In this document: positions 30,401 through 39,940 of the stretch, piece by piece
How the letters are laid out: every line of letters starts with the position of its first letter
How positions within the stretch are numbered: the first letter of the stretch is position 1
Origin: Promethearchaeota archaeon
Lineage (GTDB): Archaea > Asgardarchaeota > Lokiarchaeia > Sigyniarchaeales > SOKP01
Assembly (NCBI GenBank): GCA_016839765.1
Contig: JAEOTP010000061.1
Location: forward strand, 1-54,797
DNA: 54,797 bases
Reading direction: 5' to 3'
The notes under the pieces: model-generated
Seen by the model: the letters and a program-made list of their open reading frames with translations, nothing else
Told to the model about the DNA's origin: nothing
The model's database searches: none
Position numbers and translations under genes: made by a program

Positions 30401-31048
30401 TTATTTGAGCAAATCCAAAGCTTTTTTAACAGCTAAAGGAGCTGTAAGGGCCCATCCATCAGCACCCTGTTGATAGGCTATATTTTCTGAAACAGGCCCC
30501 CCACCGGCCATAATTTTCACGCCTTTTGCTTGCAACTTTTTTTCTTTAGCTAAATTAACGATTTTTCCGATTTCAGGAAACATTGAGCTTAACATTGCTG
30601 AAATTAAGATAAGATTCGCATTATTTTTCTCTGCCTCTTCAATAAATTTCTCAGCGGGAACATCAAAGCCCAGATCAATAACTTCGAAACCTTCAGCTTC
30701 AAATAGGTATTTCACCATGTTCTTGCCAAGATCATGAACATCTCCTCTCACTACGCCAAGAACAACTGTGCCTTTACTATTTGCCTTGGCTTTTTCTGGA
30801 TCTATTTTTGATTTTAAAATATTAGCACCCGCATAAAAAACATCTGAGGCTATGATCATGTCTGTTATAAAAACAGTGTCTTCATATTGATCCGCGATTT
30901 CTTTTAAGCCCAGATATAAACCTTCCTTTATTGCTTTTAATGGATCAATTCCTGCCCCTATTGCTGTCTTAGCAGCTTCTATAGCGCCCTCTTCATCAAA
31001 ATTTAGAACACTTTCCTTAAGCATATTTAAAATTTCTTCATCTGACAT
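30401..31048 (-). CDS. Methyltransferase cognate corrinoid protein (MtaC/MtsB-like)
   Basis: Four-helix cap plus GDVHDLGKN (DxHxxG), DLG.DVP, ISAML, AGGGPV; GGAGG RBS before ATG 31048. Confidence 0.92.
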   Translation of the reverse strand: MSDEEILNMLKESVLNFDEEGAIEAAKTAIGAGIDPLKAIKEGLYLGLKEIADQYEDTVFITDMIIASDVFYAGANILKSKIDPEKAKANSKGTVVLGVVRGDVHDLGKNMVKYLFEAEGFEVIDLGFDVPAEKFIEEAEKNNANLILISAMLSSMFPEIGKIVNLAKEKKLQAKGVKIMAGGGPVSENIAYQQGADGWALTAPLAVKKALDLLK

Positions 31049-31052
31049 GCTT

Positions 31053-32180
31053 TTAGCCTCCTTCTTCTCCTTCATAATTTGCTCCCTTGCCAGCTTGAAA
31101 ATCTTTACCATATGTCCTAGCTGCTTTCACAACAGCCATCGCATTATATAAAGTTGCATAGGGAGGATATTCACATGATGCTCCAAGAATATAACCAGCA
31201 GGCGACTTTCCGAAAACTTCAAGTTGTCTTTTACATTCTGCTATAACTTCATGAGGAAATGCCCATGCAAGTAATGAAACGCTTAAAAATCCTAAGAAAA
31301 TTAACTTCTTTCCATATTTTTCAACCATTTCCTGTTCAGTTTTTACACCATCGGGTAAGAATGCATTTTGTATGAGAACTGGTCGAAGATGTTCAATTAA
31401 GAGATCAAAATAGGGACCTCGACCACAAGTATGAACCATATAAAAAGCTCTTTTTTTTCTAACAAAATTGGCAATCTTCTTTTGATAGGGCATATCCAAT
31501 TCTAACCACATTTCCTTGCTCATGAGTTCTCTCTCAGCTAAAACGACAGGAACCATTATTGTTCGAGCTCCTGCCTCAATCTGTTTTTCAATATATTCTA
31601 TTTGAATATCAGTAACAATATCTTGTGCTTCATGAAGCTTGTCTTTATGGTACGTGAAATCTCGCACAAGCTCATTAACATTACGAAGCCGGCTTATTAA
31701 TCCTAATGGTCCTATTGTCATTCCCCCTATCATTAAATCAGGTAATTCCTCTTTTATAGTTTTAACAACTTTTATTTGATTTTTCATCCTATCAGCATGG
31801 GACCAATCGAATAATTTATCTATGTTTTTATAATCATCTGGAGATTTAAGAACTGGATTATAAGGATCTGGATAAGCGGCGTTGTCTGGTGGATATATGA
31901 TTTTTGCCCCAAAACCTTGAGCCTCAACACAAAGATCTGGCATTGCTGTAATACCATCATAACCAAAAAGCTGTTGAGCTTCTATTTGGCATCTTAAGAA
32001 TAAATCCGGTTTTGTAGCATATTCTCCATAGTTTAACCTTCTAAGTTGAGCTGCTGCTGCTGAAACAAATGGAAAGCACGGAACTCTATCAAGTTTCTTT
32101 CGTAATAAAAGACCCGTTATCCTTTCCATTGGTGTCATATATTCTTCGCATTCTTTTGGCATTTTTTCTGCTTTTGACAT
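31053..32180 (-). CDS. MtaA/CmuA (UroD-superfamily) methylcobamide:thiol methyltransferase
   Basis: MTPMER, DR.PCFP, DLCVEAQGFGA, Zn ligands HTCG and ASCE; co-transcribed with the corrinoid gene. Confidence 0.85.
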   Translation of the reverse strand: MSKAEKMPKECEEYMTPMERITGLLLRKKLDRVPCFPFVSAAAAQLRRLNYGEYATKPDLFLRCQIEAQQLFGYDGITAMPDLCVEAQGFGAKIIYPPDNAAYPDPYNPVLKSPDDYKNIDKLFDWSHADRMKNQIKVVKTIKEELPDLMIGGMTIGPLGLISRLRNVNELVRDFTYHKDKLHEAQDIVTDIQIEYIEKQIEAGARTIMVPVVLAERELMSKEMWLELDMPYQKKIANFVRKKRAFYMVHTCGRGPYFDLLIEHLRPVLIQNAFLPDGVKTEQEMVEKYGKKLIFLGFLSVSLLAWAFPHEVIAECKRQLEVFGKSPAGYILGASCEYPPYATLYNAMAVVKAARTYGKDFQAGKGANYEGEEGG

Positions 32181-32409
32181 AATATTCACTTCTTTCTAAA
32201 ATCAGTTTAAATAAAATAATGGAATGCCGTATTTTTAAAACTTTCACCTATTTATAGTGCTAAAAAATATGTGATGTAAAAGAACAATTTTATGATTCAA
32301 ATTGAAAGATCTTAAAGTTTTACAAAAAGAAATCAAAAGAATAATATACAATTGAGAAATTTTCTTTTTTAATTTATTCACTTCTTAACTAAAAAGGTGG
32401 TTAATTCAA

Positions 32410-33474
32410 TTGAGTGCCTTTCCTAAGTTTGATGATGTAGGTAGTTTTCCGTTACCTGAAAATATTACTAATGAAAGTTTCAATAGATTTTATTGGATAG
32501 CCTATAAAGCCTTTGCGAATAAAGAGAATATTTTTACCAACAAAGGAATTCAAATACATTTAATTGAACCAATGCTTAATTCTTTCAAATTAAAATTAAA
32601 GGCTGGAGTTGAAGTTATAAACTACCCTCAACATATAGATATGTACACACAATTCTTACAACCTATAGCAGACTTTGAAATTGAGCCCAATTTGATCGAT
32701 CCAAATAAAGCCTATATCCCTGAAGTCTTTATAATAGAAAACTTCGCCAAGCAATATTATGAAGAAACGGGTGGATGCTTACAAATTAAGGTATGTGTTA
32801 CTGGACCTATTGATTTATACATTAAGCGCTTCAAATTTTCTCTCTATCCAGATATGGTAATGAATTTTGCAAAATCTATAAATTCAATTTTAAAAAACTC
32901 TGTAATGTATACCAAATATATAAATACATCAATTATTTCTATTGATGAACCTTCATTTGGTTATGTTGATATTGTGAACATAACTGAAGAAGATTTAATT
33001 AAAATATATAATAAATCTTTGGAGGGTATTAAGAATAATAATAACACTACTCAAATGCATATCCACACTCTTAATAGGGCTGACATTCCCCTTAAAACTA
33101 AATACTTCGATGTCATAACTTGTGAATATGCTGCTAATAAATCTAACAAAATCTCAGAAAAACTCTTAGAGCAATACGATAAATTTATTAGAGTTGGTAT
33201 AACCAGAACAAATATTGACCATATTATCGCAGAAGCGATAGATAATGGCGCTAAATGGGATGAGTTAAACACAATCAATGGTATGATAAGTTTAATTGAT
33301 TCAAAAGAGAAAATTAAAAAAAACCTTTTAGATGCGATACAGCTCTATGGGGATCGATTAAAATTTATTGGACCAGATTGCGGATTGGGAGGTTGGCGTA
33401 TTCCTGAAGTAGCGTTTGAATTATTACTCCGAACTAAAGAAGTCATTGAAGAAGTTAAAAAAGATAAAAATTGA
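32410..33474 (+). CDS. Core (single-barrel) methionine synthase, MesC-like
   Basis: FDDVGSFPLP, VTGP, SIDEPS, MHIH, CEY, GPDCGLGG of the MetE catalytic barrel; no folate-binding N-terminal barrel. Confidence 0.75.
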   Translation: MSAFPKFDDVGSFPLPENITNESFNRFYWIAYKAFANKENIFTNKGIQIHLIEPMLNSFKLKLKAGVEVINYPQHIDMYTQFLQPIADFEIEPNLIDPNKAYIPEVFIIENFAKQYYEETGGCLQIKVCVTGPIDLYIKRFKFSLYPDMVMNFAKSINSILKNSVMYTKYINTSIISIDEPSFGYVDIVNITEEDLIKIYNKSLEGIKNNNNTTQMHIHTLNRADIPLKTKYFDVITCEYAANKSNKISEKLLEQYDKFIRVGITRTNIDHIIAEAIDNGAKWDELNTINGMISLIDSKEKIKKNLLDAIQLYGDRLKFIGPDCGLGGWRIPEVAFELLLRTKEVIEEVKKDKN

Positions 33475-33596
33475 GATTTAAATTTTTTGCCATAAAATCT
33501 AAATTTTGAATGGTTTATTATTAACTAAATTTTTACATTGGATTCATAAAATTGATTTTTAAAGCGGGAACTCTTATTTTTTAAAATCGATAGATA

Positions 33597-33628
33597 TTTA
33601 TATTTTAAGTGACATCTATTAATTGTCA
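33597..33628 (+). promoter_or_regulatory. TATA box plus TGACA-N9-TGTCA inverted repeat (candidate heat-shock repressor operator)
   Basis: TTTATATT at 33597-33604, TGACA 33610-33614 and TGTCA 33624-33628, upstream of hsp20. Confidence 0.5.
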
Positions 33629-33664
33629 AGCAAGAATTTACACAAATTTTTATATGGTGATTTT

Positions 33665-34282
33665 ATGTCTGATGATTATGATGATATTGATGATTTTTTT
33701 GAGAAGATTAAGGAAAATTTTGGTTTAAATTGGGATAACTTCGATGTGGATTTCTTTTTTCTACCTGGACCAAGTTTAAATCAAACAAAAAATCCTATGG
33801 ACAAGAAAGGTAAAGCCTTTAAGGTTACTTACCATTTTGAACCAGGTATGGACAAACCTGAAATAAGGATTGAAGGAGATTTTGATCAAAACAAACTTCA
33901 AGATTATTTAAAAAGACTAAATTTATCTAAATATTCTAATTTTCATCAATTACCAAAAACAGCTAAAGTTAAAGAGATTAATGCCAAAGAACTCCAAATA
34001 GAACCCACGAAAAACTATAATAAAATTAAAATCTTAGAACCTTATTCAGAATTAATTGAATATAAAGATTTTATAGAAATCGTTATAGAAGTACCGGGGG
34101 TTGAGAAAGGTCACTTTTTACTGAGTCTTAGCGAAGATGGAAGAAATTTAAAAATTAATGCCGAAAGCCAAATACGCAGATTCTCAAAAGAGATTAATTT
34201 ACCATTTAAATGTACCATGGATAATTATAGTTTAGATATTAATAATGGTATTGCAATTTTAAAAATAAATAAAAAAAATTAG
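33665..34282 (+). CDS. hsp20: Hsp20/alpha-crystallin small heat-shock protein with archaeal N-terminal extension
   Basis: EPYSEL...IEVPGVEK...INAE..RRFSKEINLP...NNGI..LKI; GGTGA RBS before ATG 33665. Confidence 0.88.
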   Translation: MSDDYDDIDDFFEKIKENFGLNWDNFDVDFFFLPGPSLNQTKNPMDKKGKAFKVTYHFEPGMDKPEIRIEGDFDQNKLQDYLKRLNLSKYSNFHQLPKTAKVKEINAKELQIEPTKNYNKIKILEPYSELIEYKDFIEIVIEVPGVEKGHFLLSLSEDGRNLKINAESQIRRFSKEINLPFKCTMDNYSLDINNGIAILKINKKN

Positions 34283-34350
34283 TAAAATCTAAATAATCAA
34301 TTTAATATATATGAAAAAAGAATTAAATATGTTAATAGAGGTTTTTAATA

Positions 34351-36690
34351 ATGAGTAGTAGTTTAACGGGAGAGAATAAAAGAAACTCTGTGGAAGTAAG
34401 AGTAAAAGATGCGTTAAAGGAGGATGTGGGCAAAGGATTTATAAGAATAGATGCAGATATTGTAAAAGAAATGAGCATTCATCCTGGGGATGTTATAGAA
34501 ATTATCCATCCGTCATCAAATAAACGTACAGCTGCTTTATTTTGGAGTGATTATAAAGAAGATAAAGGTACAAAAATAATAAGGATTGATTCTTCGATAA
34601 GAAGAAATATAAATGCTTCTATTGATGATTTTGTAAGAATTTCTAAAATAGAAGCTAGTATAGCCGAAAGGGTTACCTTTGCAGGCTTAGAAGAAGCTAT
34701 CATTTTACGAAATGCTCAACAATTGGCAAATATATTAGAAAATAGAGTCATTACTAAAGGAGATATCCTTAGTTTTTATGCTATGGGTAGTAGAGTGAAT
34801 TTAGTAGTTATTGATTTTACACCAAAATCAGAGGCTGTAAGAATTGATGATCAAACTAAAATTCTTTTATCGCCTAAAAGCCATAAGGAACTTGAAGAAT
34901 TAGAGAGAACTAGGGTAACTTACGAGGATATTGGAGGGTTAGAAGAAGAAATTCAGAGAATTCGAGAAATGATTGAATTGCCATTAAAACATCCTGAGTT
35001 ATTTAAAAGAATAGGTATTGAACCTCCTAAAGGAGTGTTATTGCATGGACCTCCTGGTACGGGAAAAACATTATTAGCGCGAGCAGTAGCTTATGAGACT
35101 GACGCTCATTTTATAACTATTAGCGGACCTGAAATAATGAGCAAGTTTTATGGTCAAAGTGAGGAAAATCTAAGAAAAAAGTTTGAAGAAGCTAAAGAAA
35201 TGGCTCCTTCTATAATATTTATTGATGAGTTAGATTCTATTGCTCCAAAAAGAGGTGAGGTCACTGGAGAGGTAGAAAGAAGAGTTGTAGCCCAATTGTT
35301 ATCATTGCTAGATGGATTGGAAAGAAGAGGTGAAATAATTGTAATTGGAGCAACTAATAGAGTTAATGATATTGATCCTGCATTGAGGAGACCGGGAAGA
35401 TTTGATCGAGAAATTGTGATTGGAGTCCCCGATACTGATGGTAGACATGAGATATTGTTGATACATACACGTGGAATGCCTTTAAATGGAGATGTCGATT
35501 TAAAATTAATAGCAGAGAGAACTCATGGATTTGTAGGAGCAGATGTAGAAGCATTATGTAAAGAATCAGCAATGTTATCTATTAGAGAAATTTTGCCTAA
35601 ATTTGATTTTGACAAACCTATTCCTATGGAAATATTAGAACAACTTCAAATAAGAATGGAAAATTTTCTCCATGCTTTAAATAGTATTGAACCATCTGCT
35701 CTGAGAGAAGTTTTGATACAACAACCTAAAGAAACCTGGGATGATGTCGGAGGATTAGAAGATGCTAAACAACAATTAAGAGAAGTAATAGAGTGGCCCT
35801 TGAAATTTCCAGAATTATATAAACATCTAAATTCAAAACCTCCGAATGGAATACTATTATTTGGACCACCTGGTACGGGAAAAACATTATTAGCGAAGGC
35901 TTTAGCTCATGAAAGTGAAGTAAATTTTATATCTGTAAAAGGACCTGAATTCTTATCAAAATGGGTAGGAGAAAGTGAAAAAGCAGTTAGAGAAACATTT
36001 AGAAAAGCTAGATCAGCGGCACCCTGTATCATCTTTTTTGATGAAGTCGATGCGATTGCTGGAATGAGAGGAAGATTTGCAAGTTCCGAAGTAACAGAAC
36101 AAGTTGTATCTCAATTATTAACTGAAATGGATGGAATGGAAGATCTAAAAGAAGTTATTTTGCTGGCGGCAACTAATCGGCCTGAGCTTCTAGATCCCGC
36201 ATTATTACGTTCAGGTAGATTTGGGAGACATATTGAAATTCCAATGCCAGATTTAGAAACTCGTAAGGAAATATTCAAAATACATTTAAAAAACAAACCT
36301 CTAGCGGATAACGTTAATATAGATAAATTAGCAGAGGAATTGGATGGATATACAGGAGCTGATATTCAAGCTATATGTGAAGAGACAACTTTGTTAACAA
36401 TAAGGAACGCTGTGCCCTCAATTAATGAGAAAAAGCAAAAAATTCAAGAATATAACAATCAATTAGAACAATTAAAAAATGAGCAATCAACAAGTAGCAT
36501 AGTAAGTTTGAAAAATGAAATTGAAGATTTGGAAGGCAAAATTGGAGTACTTCAATCTCAATTGGTTGATAATATAGCCCTATCAAATGATGATTTTGAT
36601 CAAGCAATAGCGAAAATTCTTAAAGGTGCAGATAGAGCAAAAAGAGCACATGATAGTTATGCTAAAGAAGCTGAGGATATGTATAGATAA
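34351..36690 (+). CDS. cdc48: Cdc48/p97/VAT AAA+ ATPase
   Basis: N domain, two GPPGTGKT modules with [18 protein letters not shown]-terminal HbYX (MYR). Confidence 0.97.
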   Translation: MSSSLTGENKRNSVEVRVKDALKEDVGKGFIRIDADIVKEMSIHPGDVIEIIHPSSNKRTAALFWSDYKEDKGTKIIRIDSSIRRNINASIDDFVRISKIEASIAERVTFAGLEEAIILRNAQQLANILENRVITKGDILSFYAMGSRVNLVVIDFTPKSEAVRIDDQTKILLSPKSHKELEELERTRVTYEDIGGLEEEIQRIREMIELPLKHPELFKRIGIEPPKGVLLHGPPGTGKTLLARAVAYETDAHFITISGPEIMSKFYGQSEENLRKKFEEAKEMAPSIIFIDELDSIAPKRGEVTGEVERRVVAQLLSLLDGLERRGEIIVIGATNRVNDIDPALRRPGRFDREIVIGVPDTDGRHEILLIHTRGMPLNGDVDLKLIAERTHGFVGADVEALCKESAMLSIREILPKFDFDKPIPMEILEQLQIRMENFLHALNSIEPSALREVLIQQPKETWDDVGGLEDAKQQLREVIEWPLKFPELYKHLNSKPPNGILLFGPPGTGKTLLAKALAHESEVNFISVKGPEFLSKWVGESEKAVRETFRKARSAAPCIIFFDEVDAIAGMRGRFASSEVTEQVVSQLLTEMDGMEDLKEVILLAATNRPELLDPALLRSGRFGRHIEIPMPDLETRKEIFKIHLKNKPLADNVNIDKLAEELDGYTGADIQAICEETTLLTIRNAVPSINEKKQKIQEYNNQLEQLKNEQSTSSIVSLKNEIEDLEGKIGVLQSQLVDNIALSNDDFDQAIAKILKGADRAKRAHDSYAKEAEDMYR

Positions 36691-36726
36691 TTTTTTATAT
36701 TAATAATATCAAAAGGTGAGATAAAT

Positions 36727-37554
36727 ATAGAAATTGAGGAAGAGGATGAAAAGTTTCAAATTATAAGTTTAGATTCTTTGTTAGAAATATTAGGTAATCC
36801 TACAAGAAGAGCAATATTAACAAAACTAGCAAAAGTTCCACATTCTGCCCCTGAATTAGCAAGTTCATTAGGGATCTCAAGACAAGCAGTTCACAGTCAA
36901 TTATCTCTCCTTCAAAGTAACAACATCATTGAAGCTATTGAATCAGCTGAAACTAGAGGAGATAAATATAGAGTAAAAAGTAATATTTCAGTTAATATCG
37001 ATATAACTCCTGATTATTATAATATTAAATATAATACTAGTACGCCTGATAGTGAATCAGAGATGGTTGAATTTAAGGATATGAGTTGGTCAATTAATTA
37101 TTCCAAAATTAAGACTCCTAATAATAAGATTAAATATTTAGGAGATGAGATGAGGAAAGTTGAGAAAAGTATAGTCGATTTAGAAAATAAAAGAAAAGTA
37201 TTTCTTACTCAGAAAAAATGCTTAATATTAGAAATAAAAAATCTGATGCATGGTCAATTTAAGGAGAAATTAGAAACAATGCTAAGAAGTAAATATGAAG
37301 ATATTAAAGATAAAAATTTAAGAGCAAGTTTAAATCTAACTGAAGAAATTCTAACTACCATGTTCTTTAAACCAGAGCGATATTTTAAAGGATTTCGTAT
37401 TGATGTATTGATGGATGATTTATTTTTCTCAGATATGGATAAATATGAACGTAATAGGCGATTTGGTTCACTCTACAGACCATTATTAGAAGATTTATCA
37501 CGAATGATGGGTTTTTTACGTGAGGATGAGGATGATTGGTTTTTAGATTTTTAA
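36727..37554 (+). CDS. ArsR-type wHTH/coiled-coil regulator, Phr/HSR1-like heat-shock repressor
   Basis: ILGNPTRRAIL..LA..P..APELASSLGISRQAV.SQL, then a coiled coil; third gene of the hsp20-cdc48 operon; start inferred at ATA 36727 after GGTGAG (TTG 36778 is the alternative). Confidence 0.8.
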   Translation: MEIEEEDEKFQIISLDSLLEILGNPTRRAILTKLAKVPHSAPELASSLGISRQAVHSQLSLLQSNNIIEAIESAETRGDKYRVKSNISVNIDITPDYYNIKYNTSTPDSESEMVEFKDMSWSINYSKIKTPNNKIKYLGDEMRKVEKSIVDLENKRKVFLTQKKCLILEIKNLMHGQFKEKLETMLRSKYEDIKDKNLRASLNLTEEILTTMFFKPERYFKGFRIDVLMDDLFFSDMDKYERNRRFGSLYRPLLEDLSRMMGFLREDEDDWFLDF

Positions 37555-37586
37555 AGTATTTTTATATTAAATAAATGAGGTATTTT

Positions 37587-38093
37587 ATGGAAATCCAAGA
37601 ATTTAAAAAACAAATACCTGAAATTTTTGAAAAAGTTAAAACAGATGTCAGAAAAATTTTAAAACGTCATAGAGCGGGGTTAAGCCTTGGTTTAGTAGAA
37701 GGGGGTTTTTTAGAAGAAGAAGGTTTTATAGGTTTTATAGGTGGTGCGCACTTTTATCCCGGCCATGTAATTGTGATGACTAAATCTCCGTTAAAAATGA
37801 TCCTAGAGTCACAACCTTATGAAATTATATGGGCTTATACATATCATATCCTTCTACATGAATATATTCACTCATTGGATATAATTAATGAATATCAGTG
37901 CAGAGAAATTACTCTAAAAGTAACTGAAGAAGTTTTTAAGGACGTTAACCATCCCGCTATGATTCTTGCCAAGAATGGAATTGGAGCTTTTTTTCCTAAC
38001 TTAAGACCAACTGACGTCCCTCCAGAAATACGGCCTGAAGATATTGAATATGTGCATGGATTTGATAGGGAAAGCCAAACTTATTTTTCTTAA
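37587..38093 (+). CDS. Small zincin-like (HExxH) protein
   Basis: ILLHEYIHSL; GAGGT RBS before ATG 37587. Confidence 0.7.
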   Translation: MEIQEFKKQIPEIFEKVKTDVRKILKRHRAGLSLGLVEGGFLEEEGFIGFIGGAHFYPGHVIVMTKSPLKMILESQPYEIIWAYTYHILLHEYIHSLDIINEYQCREITLKVTEEVFKDVNHPAMILAKNGIGAFFPNLRPTDVPPEIRPEDIEYVHGFDRESQTYFS

Positions 38094-38189
38094 CCTCCTT
38101 TTTTTCAATATTAAGAAGTTAAAATTATTTAATCAGCATAATTTAGATTAATTAGAATATTAATCAACTGAATAAATGGTAGAATTAAA

Positions 38190-39257
38190 ATTTCGAATGC
38201 TTCAGAAAAAGAGGACATAGAAAGTCAAGAAGAGACCATTGAAAAAAATCTTGAAATTGTACCCAATCAGTTAATTCTTAATTGGAAATATAAAGATGTT
38301 AATAAAAAACTTACTTATGATATTAAAAAATGCATAGGTTGTAGTTTATGTAAATTAGTGTGTCCTGTGGATGCAATAGAATTAGGACCAATTCCTGAAA
38401 TTGCCCAAAATATTTTAGATGACTCCAATCCTAAACTTTTCATTGATCATGAGAAATGTTGTTATTGTATGTTATGTGTAATAGTGTGTCCTACTGATGC
38501 ATTTCATGAAAATATTGAACCCGAAGGTCAAATATCTTTAGATGAATTTCCCTCGATAGGAAAATTTTATCTAATTGATATGGATAAATGCATTGAAGAT
38601 AAAAATAATGAAATATGCAAATTATGCCTAAGCGTTCGTGACAGGAATGCTATAAAGGAATATTTTCAGATTGAAAAAGATTGTCCTACTAAATGTTTTC
38701 ATATAAAATCTCCAATCCAAGGAGAAGTAATTATTAAAAAAAATATGCTTCATAAATGCGATCCACAGGGTTGCAAAGCTTGTGTTAATATTTGCCCTAC
38801 CGAATCTTTTTTTATACCAGAAAGAGCTGAAGATGTTATGAAGTATGGGAAAATAGCCTGTAATGAAGATGATTGCTTTTATTGCGGAGCATGTGTAAAT
38901 TCCTGCCCCGATGATTTGATTATTATAAATAGAAAAGAGATTGAAATAAAAGATCCCAAGAAAAAAGGAAATTACCCATGGATTCAAGGATGGATTAATA
39001 ATATTAAAGACATATTGAGAAGAAGATTAATTGAAGGAAAAGAACAGATTGAAATCCCTATTATTGAGGAAGAAATTAAGAAAGTAAAAGAAAAAGTCGA
39101 AGAAGAGATTCCTCAATTATCAAAAAAAGATAGAGAAAAACTAGCAGAATTAAATAGTAAAATTCAAGAATTTCTTAAATCTTCGAAAATTAGATATTGG
39201 ATTAAAGATAAAAAAATAGATAAAATTATACAAGAATTGAAAAAATTTTTAAAGTAA
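38190..39257 (+). CDS. Polyferredoxin (FwdF/MvhB-like multi-[4Fe-4S] protein)
   Basis: CIGCSLC...CP (upstream of the GTG call), CCYCMLC...CP, C...C..C...CP, CFYCGAC...CP; start inferred at ATT 38190. Confidence 0.85.
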   Translation: MSNASEKEDIESQEETIEKNLEIVPNQLILNWKYKDVNKKLTYDIKKCIGCSLCKLVCPVDAIELGPIPEIAQNILDDSNPKLFIDHEKCCYCMLCVIVCPTDAFHENIEPEGQISLDEFPSIGKFYLIDMDKCIEDKNNEICKLCLSVRDRNAIKEYFQIEKDCPTKCFHIKSPIQGEVIIKKNMLHKCDPQGCKACVNICPTESFFIPERAEDVMKYGKIACNEDDCFYCGACVNSCPDDLIIINRKEIEIKDPKKKGNYPWIQGWINNIKDILRRRLIEGKEQIEIPIIEEEIKKVKEKVEEEIPQLSKKDREKLAELNSKIQEFLKSSKIRYWIKDKKIDKIIQELKKFLK

Positions 39258-39400
39258 ATATAACATTCTTTACAAAAAAGTAAAACCCAAAAGACGATTA
39301 AAAATTGTTTTTTGAAAAATTCAATGATTAGCATTCTAAGAAAATAACTCGTATTTTATTAATTATTGGTGTTAGCTTCTTTATAATTATCATTCCTTTA

Positions 39401-39856
39401 ATGATAGTATTTTATGAATTATCAAATTATCCAGTAAGTTTCTTTGAAAGTCAACTCTCATTTAGTAGTGCAGTAATTAAATCTCATTTTAGTATTATGA
39501 ATGCTGAGGAATTAAATTATTATTTCATCTGGGTAATAGTTGATTATGGATTCATGCTAGGATTTGGCATCATATATTTTAGCCTGGATTTAATTATAGC
39601 TAGAAAATTTAATGAAAGTTCGAGGTGGAGAAAATCAGGATATATAGGTGTTTTTTTTGGAATATTATATTTTTGTTGTGATGCTATTGAAAATATCTTT
39701 ATTTTTTCAATGCTTAATGATCCTTTAGGTTTTCCTGACATATTAGCTATAACTCATTCTTGGATTGCTTTAGTGAAATTCATTTTTAACTTTTCTTCTG
39801 GTTTTTGGGTAATTGCTGCGTTAATTATACTATTTTTTAGAAGAAAATCAAAATGA
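39401..39856 (+). CDS. Membrane protein, probably N-terminally truncated by an in-frame TAG at 39329
   Basis: QLSFS, DYGFM, CDAIEN..I..ML, ALVKF membrane motifs; an additional TM helix is encoded in frame upstream of the ATG. Confidence 0.6.
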   Translation: MIVFYELSNYPVSFFESQLSFSSAVIKSHFSIMNAEELNYYFIWVIVDYGFMLGFGIIYFSLDLIIARKFNESSRWRKSGYIGVFFGILYFCCDAIENIFIFSMLNDPLGFPDILAITHSWIALVKFIFNFSSGFWVIAALIILFFRRKSK

Positions 39857-39940
39857 AGATTCTAAAATGAAATGAAATAAAGGAAAGAAGTAAAAGTATT
39901 TTCTTAGTTTATAATATAAGAATGAATAAAAAGAAGAAAA

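Noticed and set aside
31049-31111. N-terminal extension of the corrinoid protein given in the ORF track
   Set aside because: It overlaps the upstream methyltransferase, and a GGAGG RBS supports ATG 31048
37722-37742. GGTTTTATA tandem duplication in the HExxH gene
   Set aside because: In-frame 9-bp micro-duplication (GFI-GFI) with no evident significance
39329-39331. Pyrrolysine codon
   Set aside because: Not a methylamine methyltransferase, no pyl genes in the window, and several genes here use TAG as a normal stop
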